Positions 23,240 through 35,319 of a DNA stretch of 64,000 nucleotides are shown one piece after another. Origin of the DNA: Mobula hypostoma (taxonomy: Eukaryota). Under the pieces are notes generated by a model. That model searched no databases and had not been told where the DNA came from. It saw only the letters and a program-made list of their open reading frames with translations. The DNA is taken from the NCBI RefSeq assembly GCF_963921235.1, contig NC_086108.1, forward strand, positions 97,776,001 through 97,840,000, in the 5' to 3' direction. A program made the translations under genes and the position numbers. Positions within the stretch are counted from its first letter, which is position 1, and each line of letters starts with the position of its first letter.

Positions 23240-24560
23240 GGGAGAAGCAAAGCCTCTCCTTATTTCTCCATACAAGTTGTTGGTGGAACCGCTATTGTTG
23301 GTAACAATATCAATCGGAGGAGCACCGGTTGGGATAACGGGAGTGGGGGACATGACGGATTGCTGATTAATCCTACATTTTCTGCGATGACTATTCCGGA
23401 GTGAGATTTTCTCACCGCGAGCAGTTCTTTTTCACTCTCGTAAAACCCTAACCATTTAGCTGATTCACTTCACCCAGCCGTGCAGGTTGCTTGGCATGAG
23501 CTGGAAGAAATACCGGGAGAGAGGCGACGGCATTTAATGCAGAGCGATGTAACTGTCAGCACGCTCCCGCTGCAGTGAGCATTGCTGAACAATTTACAGT
23601 TTAAAAGAATGTTATTTATCCTTTTGAATCGAATCAGTCAGATCTAGTCTGACAATAGATTTAACAATGCCTCTCAAAGAATCAAATGGTTTAGGGACAT
23701 GACTGGGGGTTCTTGAAGATGGCGGTTACAGAGAGAGATGTGAGTGTTATTTTTGCCCCCTTCCAATCTCGGTTTCCTCCTTTTCATCCCAGTGAGTGAC
23801 ACTCGGCACATCAACGCGCCAAAGAAGATGAAACAGCCTCTCCCGCTGTCCTAATCAACCCAGCACAAGTTTCCTGCTACAGCTTCCTACCCCTGGGAGC
23901 TGCTGTCAAACGTGACTCGGCGCCATCCCTGACGAAGATTGTAAATAAGTTACAAGACAGTTGCCTTTGTCACCTGCTTTGGCGCCGCAGATTAGTATGC
24001 AAATGAGCCTGCGCAGGAACAGGCTGCAGCGCCGGCGCTAATACCCTAAATGATCCTTCAAAACAGTAATTAGAAGTTTTTTATCACACTAATTTGACAT
24101 GGCAAATTAGTGAATCTGTGCGAAGGGGACGAGCCAGGGCTTCTGTGTGCAAGCACAGCCTCTTGCCAAGAAAGTCCAGCCTCACCGAGGGAGCATGGTA
24201 ACAGAGCACAGAAGCGACAATTAGCAAAATCAGCAGAAAATATTATCAGTTTGCGGCTTTTAAACCCTATTAAATTGGGACTACAACTTGTCATTCCAAT
24301 AATTCCGCTCGATGAGCTATGCGGTGAGATTTCTGTTTGGTCACTGGGTTTTAAAACTGCTTGTAACTCCGTTTACGGAGCCAATAGTCTCTCGGCGTGA
24401 ATTAACCTGTCGTTACCTCCTCCTGTACGTGTTAACAACTTGGTTGAGCCTTAAGCCAAGAATATCAGAAAAGATACCACAGCTAATGGTTGCCATCATG
24501 TAATCACAGGCACCTGTCACCATGGGATGTGGGCAATTTAATATTTTAATTCCCATTGTA
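23240..24560. promoter_or_regulatory. repeat-free, CpG-retaining island; candidate enhancer or alternative promoter
   Basis: No TE motifs; retained CpGs; YY1-like AAGATGGCGG at 23716, octamer ATGCAAAT at 23997-24004, TAAT inverted repeat at 24087-24112. Confidence 0.45.
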
Positions 24561-25290
24561 AATAGCTTAAATATTTATTTGGGCTAGTTGGGGATGCGGG
24601 TGGGGAGGTGTCCAGCGCTGATTAGCTGAAGAGTGGCAAAAATCACTTTTCATTTTTAAGTTCCATTTAGAATTATGGCAAGAGTCTAGTTTGTACCGCA
24701 TTGTCCTTAATCATTTCAAGAACAGCTTCTTCCCCTCCTCCATTGGATTTCTGGACAGCCCATGAACTTATGAACCTTTTGCAATATTTATTTCTTTTCA
24801 GAAACAGGTTTAATATCACCAGCATGTGTCATGAAATTTGTTAACTTTATGACAGCAGTACAATGCAATACATGATAAATAAATATAGAGAAGAAAAAAA
24901 CTGAGTTACAGTAAGTATATATTTGTCTATTAAATAGTTTAGTTAAAATAAGTGGTGCAGAAAACAGAAATAAAGTAGAAGATTGTGTTCACGGGTTCAA
25001 TGTCCATTTAGAAGTCAGATGGCCGAGAGGAAGAAGCTGTTCCTGAATCACTAAGTGTGGGAAACTTACTTGTAGTAATTTTTTTATGATTTGCACTGTA
25101 CTGCTGCTGCAAAAAAACAAATTTCATATCATTTATCAGTCTAAATAAAATGAATTCTGGTCCCTTTTAAATTGTCAGAAGTTGCTACTTCACATCAAGA
25201 GGAATTCTCAATCCGAACAGGATGAGCTGTCCTACTACATACTTGGATGATTTGAAATTCATCAGCCATACCATAACGAGCATTCAAGTC

Positions 25291-25511
25291 TAACACACAC
25301 AAAATGCTGGAGGAACTCAGCAGGTCAGGCAGCATCTATAGAGAGGAATAAAAAGCCAGCATTTCGGGCTGAGACTCTTCGCAGTGTTGATCGGCCTGAA
25401 ACATCAGCTCTTTATTCCTTTCCAGAGATGCGGCCTGAACTGCTGAGTTCCTCCAGCATTTTCTGAGTGTGTTACACTGAATTTCCAGCATCTGCAGAAT
25501 CTCTTGTGCTC
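25291..25511. mobile_element. Penelope-derived fold-back insertion
   Basis: Inverted pLTR pieces; flanks agcattcaagtc (25279-25290) / agcatccaagtc (25512-25523). Confidence 0.75.
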
Positions 25512-25699
25512 AGCATCCAAGTCCAATCCCTCTCCTCCCCCCTTATCCCTTTCATGATTTATTCCAGGTTATCTGTGTGCTCCTCTCATGTGGACTAGAG
25601 GAAAATGCCTTACTGATTACACTCTGCCTGAGGTTTTACATCCTTGCTTTTATACACTAGATGTCTCTCAATCCTCACTAACATTGCTTTAATAATATA

Positions 25700-26350
25700 A
25701 CCATAGGAGCAGAATTAGGCCATTCAACCCATCAAGTCTGCTCTACCATTTCATCATGGCTGATTTATTATCCATCTCAACCCCATTTCCCTGCCTGCTC
25801 CCCGTGACCTTTGATGTCCCGATTAATCAATAACCTCTCAACCTCCACTGTAAATATACCCAATGACTTGGCCTCCATAGCCATCTGTGGCAATGAATTC
25901 CACAGATTCACCACCTTTTGGCTAAAGAAATTCCTCCTCGGCTCTGCTCTCAAAGGTTTCAAAAGTACATTTAATGTCAGAGAAATGTATAAAATATACA
26001 TCCTGAAATGCATTTTCTTCGCAAACATCCACGAAAATAGAGGAGTGCCCCCAAAGAATGAATGACAGTTAAATGTTAGAACCCCAAAGTACCCCCCTCC
26101 CAGATCCCCCTCCCTCTCGCGTGCAAGAGGCAGCAAACAACAATCCCCCCTCCCTCCACTGGCAAAAAAAGATATGTTGGCAACCACAGCTGGATGTTCT
26201 TCTGTTCTGAGGCTGTGCCCCCTGGTCCTAGACTCCCCCCACTATAGGAAACATCCTCTCCACATCCACTCTATCTAGGCCTTTCAATACTCAATAGGTT
26301 TCAATGACATCCCCCCCTCATTCTTCTAAACTTCATCAAGTACAGACCCA
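25700..26350 (-). mobile_element. CR1 3' end with a nested LINE tail (about 25955-26190)
   Basis: RRNFFSQKVVNLWNSLPQ in ORF 25777..26187. Confidence 0.8.
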
Positions 26351-26741
26351 GAGCTGAACCCCAACTGCCCCTCAACTGATGGGTTGTGAGATTTCCTGAA
26401 CAGAAATCTTGTACGATAGGATGGATTCTTGACCTCACAATCTACCTCGTTATGATCTTGTGCTGTATTGTTTACGTTCTCTGTCGCCTTTACCTTGTAT
26501 TGTCACTGCTGTACCTTGTTCTATACCTCAATGCACTGATTTATAGGAACAGCACACAAGACAGGCTTTTCACTGTACCTTGGTACAATAATAAACCAAT
26601 ACCAATTTTAATGGCTGGTTAATAGCCGTCCATATCATGGCCCAGGTGTCACGGTAGCAGGTAACGATGACCAGAAGAACACTGCATGCAGAAATTCCCT
26701 TTTTTATCGAGAGGCTAATTTCCACAAAACTAGAGGAAAGT

Positions 26742-27340
26742 TCAGAATCAGAATCAGGTTTCACATTGCCGGATCATGTTGTGAAACCTATCTTCACGGC
26801 AACTGTGAATTACAGTAAATATATATATAGTTAAACAAGCAGTGCAAAAAATAAAAATTAGAAATAAGAAAAAAGTAGTGAGGTAGTGTTCATGGGTTCA
26901 ATGTCCATTCAAAAAACTGATGGTTAGGGGAAGAAGCTGTTCCTGAATCACTGAGTGTGTGTCCTCAGGCTCCTTCCTGATGGTAGCAATGAGAAGAAAC
27001 CACATCCAGGGTGGTGGGGGTCCTTAATGATGGACGCCGCCTTTTTGTGGCACCACTCCTTGAAGATGTCTTGGATACTACAGAGGCTATGGCCCATGAT
27101 GGAGCTGACGTCTGAAGTCTACAGTTTGCTCCGATCTTGTGTAGTAACAGCACTCACCATCCCACCCCCCCCCCGCATCCCGCCCCGCCATACCAGATGG
27201 TGATGCAGCCAGTTAGAAATGCTCTCCACGGTACATCTGTAGAAATTTGCAAGTGTTTTAGGTGTCATGCCATATCTTCTCAAACTCCTAATGAAATATA
27301 GCTGCTGTTGTGCCTGCTTTGTAGCTGCATCGATATTGCA
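26742..27340 (-). mobile_element. Rex1/Babar-like LINE 3' end
   Basis: QAQQQLYFIRSLRRYGMTPKTLANFYRCTVESI; (tcagaa)n tail. Confidence 0.85.
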
Positions 27341-28361
27341 TGAAATGACTTTTTTTAAAAATAGAAAATAAACTAGCCTAAGAGTGAATGCTGACCTGGT
27401 GGCAGACACATGTTAAATGCATTCACATGAGACACTTTAGTTTGTACTGTACAAAACTGTGGAGCAGTTTATCAAAGTAATAGGGTGGGAGTGGAATAGT
27501 GCAGAACATATTTAACGTCTACCCATTCATTCCGCTGACTGTCATCTCTTGGCTGAATTGGAAGCATTCATCACAAAGCACGTCCCAAGTCAGTAAAAAG
27601 AATTTGCTGCATTTGAGTTATTGTTTTTGAAAACAAAATGCACATTTAATGTGAAGCTGCCAGATACCAAAGTTCACTGCAGGCAGCCTATTGAAATTGC
27701 ACAAAGATGCTGCATGCATCCCTTTGCTGGGATGCTTTTTGAAGTTCGCTCATTGGATAGCTTGTTGACGTGTTTCTATAGCTGATTGTGATGCCATCCC
27801 AGAAGGCTTCAGTTGCCACTGGCTTCTATTACATTATGGTTTCCGTGTGAGGGTAACTTATGCCCTGTCAGCCATGGAAGAACAGAGAAGCTTTGTTGTC
27901 TTAAGTGTGATAGTCAGTTGAATAAGTAACAGATAAAACAATGTCTTCACGATCACATAAACCCCTTCATCAAACCAGATGTCATTTGCCATACCATCCA
28001 TTAGAATGCAATAGATTTACTATCAAGGAACTCTAGCTTACCTTCAATGCTGATGAAAAACAATGTCACACTTTCCTTCAAGATAAAAAAGAAAAAATAT
28101 AAGGAAATAGTGAATCTGAAATGAAAACAGAAAAATACCAGGAGATACACAGAGGCCCTGTCAGTATCCAAAGCAGGAAATAGATAGTTTAATATTTCTG
28201 AAATAGAGCTTTGGAGTGTTGTCATTGCTGAGATGGTGGGAACATAAGTAAGCAATTTATGCACAGTAAGGTTTAACAAAGCAATAATGAAATTAATTAT
28301 TGGATCATTTGCTTTAAGTATTAGGTGTAATGGAAGAAAATGTTCAATGTCTTTTATGAAG

Positions 28362-28745
28362 TCAGTAGGCCTTAGTGTGAGTGGCAGGGTGGATATACAT
28401 CTCTACCAAGGAAGGTGTGAGGTTCTCCTTCCTTCTGCTAGCCTGCAGGTCATCCTTGGGCAAAGTGTAGTTCCTGCTTATCTCCCTGATCAGGGTCACG
28501 TGAAGCCATCGGACCAGGTAGTGGATCACAACTCCTGGTTATGCAACCACTGATGCCAGGCAGACAATCATTGAAGAGTATTCATAATGGCTGGGGGGTG
28601 GGGGGGGTCACAACGGCTTGTAAAGACAATGTCCAGAAGGAGGCAATGGCAAGCTACTTCTGTAGAAAAATTTGCCGAGAACAATCATGGTCATCAGACG
28701 GTGTTCGCCACAGCATATAACACGGCACATAATGACGATGATGCT
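28362..28745 (+). mobile_element. RTE-related SINE/non-autonomous element
   Basis: ggcaatggcaagctacttctgtag motif and (gat)n tail. Confidence 0.4.
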
Positions 28746-28827
28746 GAGGCTAAATATCCAGGTCATTTCTACCCAACTGTCGTTAAGGCACATTGACAAA
28801 ACAGTTAAGAATTGGCCTCAAATAACT

Positions 28828-29710
28828 TAGAATCAGAATCAGGTTTATCATCATTGACATATGTCATGAAATTTGTTGTTTTGCAATACATTAAAAAGAA
28901 CTATAAGTTATAATAAGGAATATACAGTGTAAACAAAATAAATAAGTAGTTCAAAAAAGAAACCAAAGTGTGAGGTAGTATTTTTAAAAACGCAAACACG
29001 AGGAAATCTGCAGATGCTGGAATTTCAAGCAAGACACACAAAATGCTGGTGAACGCAGCAGGCCAGGCAGCATCTCTAGGAAGAGGTACAGTCGACGTTC
29101 CAGGCCGAGACCCTTCGTCATGAGAGCGCTTCCTAGAGATGCTGCCTGGCCTGCTGCGTTCACCAGCAACTTTTATGTGTGTTGTGTGAGGTAGTATTCA
29201 TGGGTTCATGTCCATTCAGAAGTCTGATGATGGAGGGGAAGAAGCTGCTCCTAAGCCATTGAAGCTGGTTCTTCAGGCTCCTGTGCCTCTTCTCTGATGG
29301 TAACAATGAGAGGAGGGCATTTCTTAGATGGTGAATGTCTTTCATGATGGTTGCCGCCTTCTTCAGGCATGGCCTATCAAGGATATTGAGGTGGCTAGTG
29401 CCCACAATGGAGCTGGCTGAGTTTACGATCCTCTGAGGCTTTTTCTGATCCTGTGCATTTGTGCCCCCATACCAGGTAGTGATGCAACCAGTCCAGATTG
29501 CTCTCCACAGTACTTCTGTGGAAATTTGCTAGTCTTTGGTGACATACCAAATCTCCTCAAACTCCCAATGAAATATTGTCGCATGCCTTTTTTGTAACTG
29601 TATCAATATGTTTGGCTCAGGGTTGACCTTCAGAGATCTTGATAGGAACTTGAATCTGATCACCCTTTCCTCTGCTGACTCCTTGATGAGGATGGGTGTA
29701 TGTTCTCCTG
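28828..29710 (-). mobile_element. Rex1/Babar-like LINE 3' end with nested Penelope insertion
   Basis: CLKKAATIMKDIHH..LSLLPS..SFFPSIIRLLN; (agaatc)n tail. Confidence 0.8.
28983..29183. mobile_element. Penelope-derived fold-back insertion with 15 bp TSD
   Basis: TSD gtgtgaggtagtatt at 28968-28982 and 29184-29198; inverted pLTR arms; truncated hammerhead at about 29090-29122 (minus). Confidence 0.88.
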
Positions 29711-31010
29711 ACTTCAGTCTGGCCTACTGCTTCTAATTTATTACACTGCTTGCCTAATGCTTGGGGAACGAAAATGTTCTCCAACTAGATGTTGGAAAAT
29801 CTGAAGCGGGTGCTGTCTTCATTGGTTGGATAATTACTAGGAGGGGTATGGAGGACTATGGTCCAGGTGTAGTTCGATGGGACTAGGCAGAGTAACAGTT
29901 CATCATGAACTAGATGACTCAAGGGCCTGTTTCTGTTCTGCAGTGCTCTATGACTTCTAGAAACTTATATCAATTCTCCCTTCAGCCTTTGATGCTCCAG
30001 AGAAAGCAACCAAATTTGTCCAACCTCCCCTTGTGTCTCTTTCCCACTAATCCATACAAAATCCTGGTTTCTCTCTTCATCTTTTGGAGGTAAATCCTAC
30101 AAAAAGCAATGGATACAGCCCAGTCTATCATGGATAAAGCCCTCCCCACCATTGAGCACATCTACACAGAGCGTAGTCACAGGAAGGCAGTGTCTTAGTG
30201 TACATGTATCTTGTTCATGTTCCAAAGTCTTTCAATTTCCTCTTTTAATTCTGCATATTTCTGGTGTTTTTCACTTACTGTTTTCTGTATGACATGCGTG
30301 TTTGGAATGGCCATATCTATTAAGTAAGTTGTTTTTGCTTGCTTATCCTGCAATGTTATATCCAGGCTGTTATTATAGGTTGTTCTGTCTGTAACGGTGG
30401 ATCAGTTGCGGTATCATCTGGAGCACTCTGACTCTCAAACTGGTTCAGGTTATTTATAGTAAGGTATGGTGTCTTTTATGAGTCTGTATTTTAAAGTAAA
30501 GTTTTGGGGAATGATGTTTGCAACTTGATTGTACCTGTGTGCAGTAAAAAATCAGACCGAGTTAAACTGCCGCAGAATCCTGTAACGTGTTGGATTATGT
30601 TGGCTTGCTCTTGGCATTTTCTGCATTTACATCTTTAATTATGACTTTTATTATGTATTTTTAATTTTTTTTGTGTGTTAACCACCTGGTCCTGTATTGC
30701 CCCAAGGAACACCTGTTTCTAGGAAGAGGTCTCCAACTCTGAGCCAGTCGTCCGATGCTTTCTTGTGGGCATCTAGCCTGCTTAGATTGTGGGGGTGTCT
30801 TCCATGGAGGGTCAGGCTCTTCCATTGGTTAACCTTTTCCTCTGTAGTGATACTTTCATCATTTTTTGGGTTGTGCTTTTATTCAAGTTTAGTTGTGTCT
30901 ATTTCTTACCAGAATTGCATATGCTTGGGCGTAGTGCAGAATCCAGTTTTCATTGATAAAATTTCTAAGGATATATTGTCATCAAAGTTTTATCCTTAGA
31001 AATTATATTT

Positions 31011-33424
31011 AGAGTTTGTCAAATGTTTTCAGGAAAGTTTTCTAGTTCAATATATAGAGGTATCAATGAGAGAGGATGCAATACTTGATCTCTTATTAGG
31101 GAACCAGACAGGTCAGGTGACAGAAGTATGTATAGGCAAACATTTTGAGTCCAGTGACCATAATGTCATTAGCTTCAAGTTAATTATGGATAAGGATGGG
31201 TCTGGTCCTCGAGTTAAGGTTCTAAATTGGAGAAGGGCCAATTTTGAGGAAATGAGAAAGGATCTAGGAAGAGTGGATTGGGATAAGTTGTTTTCTGACA
31301 AGGATGTGTTCAGTACGTGGAAGGCCTTCAAAGGCGAAAATTTTGAGAGTGCAGAGTTTGCATGTTCCTGCCAGGATTAATGGCAAAGTTAACAGGCATA
31401 GGGAACCTTGGTTTTCAAGGGATATTGGTGATCTGGTTAAGAAAAAGAGAGAGGTGTATAGCAGGTATAGGCAACAAGGAACAAATGAAGTACTTAAAGA
31501 GTATAGAAAATATAAGAAAATACTAAAGAAGGAAATCAGGAAGGCAAAAAGAAGACATGAGGTTGCTTTGGCAGATAATGTGAAGGTAAACCCGAAGGGT
31601 TTCTACAAACATATTAAGAGTAAAACGATAATAAGGGACAAAATTGGTCCCCTAGAAGATCAAAGTGGTCATCTATGTGTGGAGCCTCATGAGATGGGGG
31701 AGATCTTAAACATTTTTTTTGCATCAGTATTTACTCAGGAAATTGGCATAGCGTACATGGAAGGAAGGGAAACAAGCAGTAGTGTCATGGAACATACAGA
31801 GATTAAAGAGGAGGAGGTGCTTGCTGCCTTACAGCGAATAAAGGTAGATAATTCTCCCAGGCCTGACGTGATATTTCCTCGGACCTTGAGAAAGACTAGT
31901 GTAGAAATACAGGGGCCTGACAGAAATATTTAAAATATCCTTAGCCACGAGTATGGTGCCGGAGGATTGGAGGGTAGCTCATGTTGTTCCATTGTTTAAA
32001 AAAGGCTCCAAAAGTAAACCAGGTAATTACAGGCCGGTGAGCCTGACATCAGTAGTAGGTAAATTATTGGGAGGTGTTCTGAGAGTTCGGATATATAAAT
32101 ACTTGGACAGCCAAGGGCTGATTAAGGATAGTCAGCATGGCTTTGTGTGTGGTAGATTGTGTTTAACGAATCTTGTAGAGTTTTTCGAGGAGGTTACCAA
32201 GAAAGTAGATGAAGGAAAGGCTGTGGATGTTGTCTACATGCACTTTAGTAAGGCCTTTGACAAGGTCCCACATGGGAGGTTTGTTCAGAAGGTTCAGACA
32301 CTAGGTATCCATGGAGAGGTTGTAAACTGGATTCGAAATCGGCTGTGTGGGAGAAGACAGAGCGTGGTAGTGGATGATTGCTTATCAGACTGGAGGCCTG
32401 TGACTAGTGGTGTGCCTCAAGGATCTGTGCTGGGACCATTGTCGTTTGTTGTCTGTATCAATGATCTAGATGATAATGCGGTAAATTGGATCAGCAAGTT
32501 TGTTGGTGTCACTAAGATTGGAGGCGTTGTGGACAGCGAGGAAGGCTTTCAAAGCTTGCAGAGGGCTGTGGACCAACTGGAAAAATGGGCCAGAAAATGG
32601 CAGATAGAATTTAATGCAGACAAGTGTGAGGTGTTGCATTTTGGAAGGACAAATCAAGGCAGGACATACACAGTAAATGGTAGGGCACTGAGGAGTGCGG
32701 AGGAATAAAGAGATCTGGGAGTTCAGATACATAATTCCCTGGAAGTGGCATCACAGGCAGACGGCGTTTAAAAGAAGGCTTTTGGCATCCTGGCATTCAT
32801 AAATCAAAGTAATGAGTATAGGAGTTAGGATGTTATGGGCAGGTTGTATTGGACATTGATGGGGGCCAAATTTGGAGTATTGTGTACAGTTCTGGTCACC
32901 TAACTATAGGAAAGATATCAGTAAGATTGCAAGAGTGCAGAGAAGATTTACTCGAATGTTGCCGGATCTTCAGGAGTTGAGTTACAGGGAAAGACTGAAC
33001 AGGTTAGGACTATATTCCTTGGAGTGTAGAAGAATGAGGGGAGATTTGATAGAGATTTACAAAATTATGAGGGGTATAGACAGAGTAAATGTAAATAGGA
33101 TCTTTCCACTTTGATTAGGAGAAATAAATACAAGAGGACATGGCTTTAGGGTGAAAAGGGAAAGGTTTAGGGGGAACATTAGGGGGAACTACTTCACTCA
33201 GAGAGTGGTGGGAGTGTGGAACGAGCTGCCATCTGACATGGTAAATATGAGCTCTCTCTTAAGTTTTAAGAATAAATTGGATAGGTACATGGATGGGAGA
33301 GATCTGGAGGGTTATGGACTGGGTGCAGGTCAATGGGACTAGCAGAATAATGTTTCGGCACAGACTAGAAGGGCCGAATGGCCTGTTTTCTGTGCTGTAG
33401 TGTTCTATGGTTCTATGGTTCTAT
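31011..33424 (+). mobile_element. CR1 LINE (HER1-like), 5'-truncated 2.4 kb ORF2 with frameshifts and stops
   Basis: Endonuclease end LDLLL..SDHN; RT PGNYRPVSLTS, FSKAFDKVPH, GVPQGSVLGP, catalytic motif mutated to FVGV; (gttctatg)n tail. Confidence 0.95.
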
Positions 33425-33889
33425 CTGACTGTTGTGTAAATCTTTTATGTCTGTTATTCATCTTCCTCCTTCTGTCTTAGGTAATGTTAATCTAAATGTG
33501 TTTGAGTGTACATAGTATTTTCTAAAATTGTCACTTCAGTTCTTATTTTTCTTTGTAAATTTTCCAGATCAAAGTTTTGGACCAAGATATGTCAAATAAA
33601 AACATTAATATGGGTATAGCAATTGTGCTTAATGCTTTTGTTATATTTTTACTATTGAGCTCTGTTTGGCAGACTTTCTTAAGCTTTGAAATAAGTTCTG
33701 TCGAAAGTTTTCCATTTATCACGCTATGATCTATTTTCTTTCCTTGTTGATATCCCAGATACTTATATGCTTCCTATTTATCCATCGGTTGTATTGTATC
33801 CTGCTGATCTGTTTTGTATTCTATTAGCTCTATTGCACCTTTCTTTATGTTTAATGTTCTGCACTTGACTGATCCAAAATTCATGTTCA

Positions 33890-34262
33890 ATCACAAACAA
33901 GAGAAAATCTGCAGATGCTGGAAATCCAAGCAGCACACACAAAATACTGGAGGAACTCAGCAGGCCAGGCAGCATCTGTGGAAAAGAGTACACAGTCGAT
34001 GTTTTGGGCCGAGACCTTTCATCAGAACTGGAGAAAAAAAGATGAGAAGTCAGAGTAAGAAGGTGGGGGGAGAGGAGGAAGAGATGCAACGTAGTTGGTG
34101 GACTTACCAGCTGTTTACATCACCTCTTCCCTCTCCCAGTTTCACCTGTCACGTACTGTCTTGTCTTCCTCACCTCTTCCTACCTTCTTACTCTGACTTC
34201 TCATCTTTTTTCCATTGATGTTGCTTGACCTGCAGAATCCCTCCAGCATTTTGTACATGTTG
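33890..34262. mobile_element. Penelope-derived fold-back insertion with 16 bp TSD
   Basis: TSD ccaaa(a/g)ttcatgttca at 33874-33889 and 34263-34278; decayed hammerhead at 33994-34029 (minus, GAAA>AAAA). Confidence 0.82.
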
Positions 34263-34687
34263 CCAAAGTTCATGTTCATATCTTTAGAAAATGTTTCATA
34301 ACTCCTCTTTAGATTAAATTTATCCTTTGTTTTGTACTACAATCCCTTACAGCTTTTTTTCCTGTAAGTTTTACGTTTTTGTTGGGAATTACATTATAGT
34401 TTTGGTAGTCGGCATTATATTTTCTTTTTTTTAATATATATTTACAGCTCTGTGGGGTTGAATGCTCCGATTAATTTTTCTTTTATACATAGAAATGGTT
34501 GGCCTGGGGTTTTACAGTGGGAGGGTGGGGAGGACACTAATTTTATATGATTTTATTTTGGGTGCTTTTTCCTGAATTATATATTGGACACGTTTGTTTT
34601 CCACTGTATAAATCTCCATTTTGTTGGGTTTTTTTCTGTCGCTGTATTGTAGAAACACATAAAAAAATTAATGAAAAATATAGAAAA

Positions 34688-35319
34688 TGTGACGAAAGTT
34701 CTTGTCGAGGATGGCTTGGACCCAAATGCCGGAGTATCCGAAACAAGGATCGAATCACGGTATCAAACTGGCTCGAGAACTGAGCACAAAACAAATGCTA
34801 GACGATATCACTGGTAGGCTTACAATTAAGCACCGATCCTCAGTTCAGGCTCTCTTTAAATACCTAGCTCTTGGCACCCAAAATATGATGGCCAATTAGT
34901 GGGACCATCCTGAACCCTGAAAGGGGTTGTGCCAGCGAGCCATACCCCAGAGAGTTAGAGCACCTAACTCCCGGAAAGTGGCATGGCTGGAAGCGTCTAA
35001 TAACAGAAAAAAGTTCTACTATTTGAATTAGTTGCTTTAGTTTTACTGATGAAAGAGCATATAATTTCAAGAAATCTATCTATAGAAGGTGTGTCAATAG
35101 GTGTGTCATTCTCACCCCAATCATTTGGTTATTTCTGATTTGATACCCTATTTTCATCTGATTCAGTAAATTAGAGAGTGGGTTAAAGCTAGACAAAGCC
35201 ATAGTGGGCCTAGAGAGTTGCCCTGGAAAATGCCTCGTTCATTTTGATAACGGTGGTTGTTGAAAGATAGGGTGATTATAGTACGCCAGTGCTTCATCAG
35301 ATGTTGCAGGAATTTCACA
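34688..35319. mobile_element. possible solo LTR within the R4-like element
   Basis: TGTGA...TCACA ends, interrupts the RT frame at 35315, CpG-richer than flanks; no TSD found. Confidence 0.35.

Noticed and set aside
24110..24400. 96 aa ORF in the unique island
   Set aside because: Non-ATG start, no homology recognised, no convincing splice boundaries
31066..33342. Active CR1 reverse transcriptase
   Set aside because: Multiple frameshifts and stops; catalytic FADD mutated to FVGV
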